Positions 61,031 through 64,000 of a stretch of DNA of 64,000 nucleotides are shown piece by piece. The first letter of the stretch is position 1. Each line of letters opens with the position of its first letter. Source of the stretch: Podarcis tiliguerta (lineage: Eukaryota). The stretch is taken from assembly GCA_965153285.1 (NCBI GenBank), contig OZ229111.1; one strand, written 5' to 3'. A program made the translations under genes and the position numbers. The notes under the pieces are model-generated. The model was not told the DNA's origin, did not search any database, and saw only the letters and a list, made by a program, of their open reading frames with translations.

Positions 61031-63220
61031 TGTGAGTGTGCTAATGATTTCAATATTTCATTGCAGTTGCGCATTTCCACCTCCTACTTCAGCTCCACCA
61101 AATCAAATTCCAGATTGATGTAGGTAAATGCCACTCTTTCACAAAACCTCAATGTTGTTTTTTTAAAAAATTAAATGGATATTGCCCCCTCCTCCACCCT
61201 TCATCCCTTGAAAGTACAAGCCTATTGTGAAGCATGATAACTAAGGACTAGTAACATTTGCTATTGTGTATTTCCGGTGAATTGCATATTTAAAGATGCA
61301 TGTGTATGGGGACAGAAATAAAGGGCAGGGCTTTCGGAGGGGAGAGACAAAAACCACAGCCCATGTACATTCTGTGTGAAGCTCTGCCCATTGGTGTGAA
61401 TGGCAAGCAGTGTCCATCCCTGGGGTCAGAAGTGCATGAAAGCTAGTGTGCCAATCACACACTGAGAAAAACCAGGCCTGATTGTTTAGACAATTCAACA
61501 CAGTTCAGTGCCAGATGCATAGCATCCAGTGTCTGTCATGATGGTAAACATATAAAAATGAACTAAATAGTTGGCAACCTAAATGGTGTTCCCATATTCC
61601 CAGAAATCTGTATGAAGCCCTTTCTGGAAGTATCCCATGTGTGCATGATAAGATCTAGCTGTTAGGGTGTAACCCCAAACACATTTTCTAACTAGAGTGT
61701 CTCATTGAACTCAGTAGAACTTGTAAGCAAATACGCTTAGGAACATGCTGTCAATGTGTACCTCAGGTGTGGACATTGGCAGTGCCTTTCAACGTTGTAC
61801 TGCTGCATAATGGAAAGAAACTGAACAGGTGCATGCCCTGTTACTATTGGAGAAAGTGTTACCTATTGAATTTCTCCCTAGATTTAAGGTGGCTTAAATC
61901 TAACTTGGAATTGCCCTTGTTTTGATTAATGTGTATGCAAAATTGGTTGGGATATCAATTTTCCAAATCAACATATTCTCAGCAATAACTTCTCTGTTCC
62001 TAGACTGTGTAAATAGCCATACATTTTCTTGGCAGCGCCCCCATTCGCTTGTTTGTTTTAAAAAGTATTTTTACTTTGCTCTTCTTCTTTTTTAAAGGGC
62101 TCTTAGAGCAGCTTACAACAATCATAAGAAGACAGTCCACGCCCTTGAACTTTCAGTCTAAAAGATGCAGCCCAAAAGGAAAAGGGATTGGGCAGGACAA
62201 GGAAAAAACCTAAATTCAGACACTATTTCTTATAAGTGTTATTTCAAATAAGTTTGAATAAGAGCTTTCTTCTAGCACGTAAGGTTGAAGCAAGCTCCCT
62301 GCAGCTGCTCCCTCTCTGGCCAAGGGATGGGACCAAGTTGGTCTCCACTTTGGCATGATGTGGGTGTGTAAACAACAGTTTCCCAGTGGACCTTGGTTTC
62401 CTGGCCACATGCCTTTAAAGCTGCAAAGCAGGCAGAAAGCAGCGGGTACTGCTTTTCTTCAGATACAGCCTAAAGAACATAGAGCTTTGATCCATTTAGG
62501 GTGCACATCCTCATTCTCTGCCCCCAGGCTGTGCACTTCCTTGTAAGTCTCTCTTTTGCTCTGTTGTCCACTCCTTTAGGGATTCTGCTCTTCTGAAGTG
62601 CCTTCTTTTATCCCTTTGTGGATGTGGCTGCCCTCGGCTTGAAGTTCCAGTTATAACCCTGCAAACAGTCTCCATAGGCTCTTGCTCTTCACTCTGTGCT
62701 GGCTGTTTCTTCTTTCTTTTTTTTTAGCTTTTTCCTCCATTGGGTCTTGTTCACTGGGGAGGGTTTCTGAGAATGTGGGGCGTAGCACCCATCAGGCCAC
62801 TTACAGGAAGGGGAAGGCTCCTGAGTCAGGGCCAGCTCGGACTGGGTGGGAGCAATTTCCTAACTTGACATTGCATCATACTGATTTTTTTAAAAAACAA
62901 AATATTCTGAGTGTTTTGTGTCAGCTGGGACCTGGGGAAGGGGCCAACCCACTGGTTGAAGGAGCTGGGAAAGAAAAAGTGAAGAGGTACTTAAGGAGGT
63001 CCACTCAGAGAAGTCTCCCATGAGCAACTGTACCCCAGGCCCTCTAAACTTCTCCCTCCTCCAGAATTATTCCTGACACGTGAGCTCTGGGTAAATATTT
63101 GGCCAGTGGGGTCAGGGGGGCTCTGTGCCTTTGCTTCCTGCTGGGATATTCCTGTGTGCACAGCCCAGCTGGCAGATCCATTTAGCCAAGCTGGGAAGGC
63201 TGGTGCTGCCGGTGGGAATC

Positions 63221-63272
63221 ATGCAGGCCATGGGTGCTCTGGTCCTTCTGTTGGGCTGTACCTTCAGCACAG
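63221..63272 (+). CDS. Probable signal-peptide exon of an unidentified secreted or membrane protein gene continuing beyond the window
   Basis: atcATG; MQAMGALVLLLGCTFST, followed by consensus donor CAG|GTAAGA in phase 1. Confidence 0.55.
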
Positions 63273-64000
63273 GTAAGAAACCTCCTCTCCCATTTCTGAG
63301 TATATGCTGACTAGAGGTGGGTAAGAATTCCTGGTGAGGGGCTTCCAATCTGGGCCGCCTCCGAACTGGCAGTATTTTATGGGACGGATTCAGTTCTATA
63401 CTGGAAATTTAGGTTTGCATGATTACAGTGGATTAAAGTGCTCTAGTGTGACAAATCCCTTGTGGTTTGGAAAGTGATGGGGAAACAGGCTGAAAAGTGT
63501 GGAACAAACACTTGATTAACAGGAAGACTTATAAACACTGCAAGCAGATGGTGAATTCTGCGTGTGTGGTTGTATAATTCCCCATGAGCAAATCAAAAAC
63601 AAATGCTCAGTAAACATTAACCACAGTGTAAGCTTTGTGCATGTGAATTGGAATGGATGTTCAATAAGCAGGCTGTTTGGAAGAGCCTCTAGTCCTGTTG
63701 AAGCACACAATCTGAGCAGAGTGAGAAAGAGCTTGTCTTCCTCCCAACTCTTGCTATCCCAATCTCTCATGTCCCCTCAGAGCTCTAGATAAGCAAGCAA
63801 GAATCAATTGCTAAGAGCAAACACAATGGGTGGAACTCAAAATTGTGCTAAGGTGGTTGTTTCATCTGTGCAGGTATTTCTGTTTGCTAGATAGAACAAT
63901 CTCTCCTCTCCTCCCTCCATGCCCTGCTTTGGGGCTTCTCCAGACTCCCTCACCTACCAGAGCTGATTTAGAGGGGGCGTGGAGGCACACGGAGGGAGGA

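Overview
Vertebrate genomic DNA, not prokaryotic. The repeat content (tRNA-Lys/CR1-tail SINEs, hAT and Tc1/mariner MITEs, CR1 and L2 fragments) suggests a squamate, probably a lacertid lizard (inference). The window is syntenic to the human 3p21.3 cluster. I reconstructed four genes by hand with GT-AG junctions and consistent phases: NAA80 (+, single main coding exon, 346 aa), HYAL3 (+, 3 coding exons, 479 aa), LSMEM2 (+, 4 coding exons, 178 aa) and IFRD2 (-, 12 coding exons, 437 aa). There are two CpG-island promoters (about 2.7-3.9 kb and 58.3-60.0 kb), a probable signal-peptide exon of an unidentified fifth gene at 63.2 kb, and a 142-N assembly gap. Most other ORFs in the track are spurious. 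I see no clear new biological system. The best leads are: (1) the LSMEM2-IFRD2 block is inverted relative to human; (2) a candidate micro-exon gives NAA80 an in-frame N-terminal extension, and its poly-proline loop looks enlarged; (3) abundant MITEs carry the same ACTACAnnTCCCA (ZNF143/THAP11-type) motif that occurs three times in the IFRD2 promoter; (4) competing inverted repeats bracket IFRD2 exon 8; (5) there may be a spliced transcript divergent from IFRD2.
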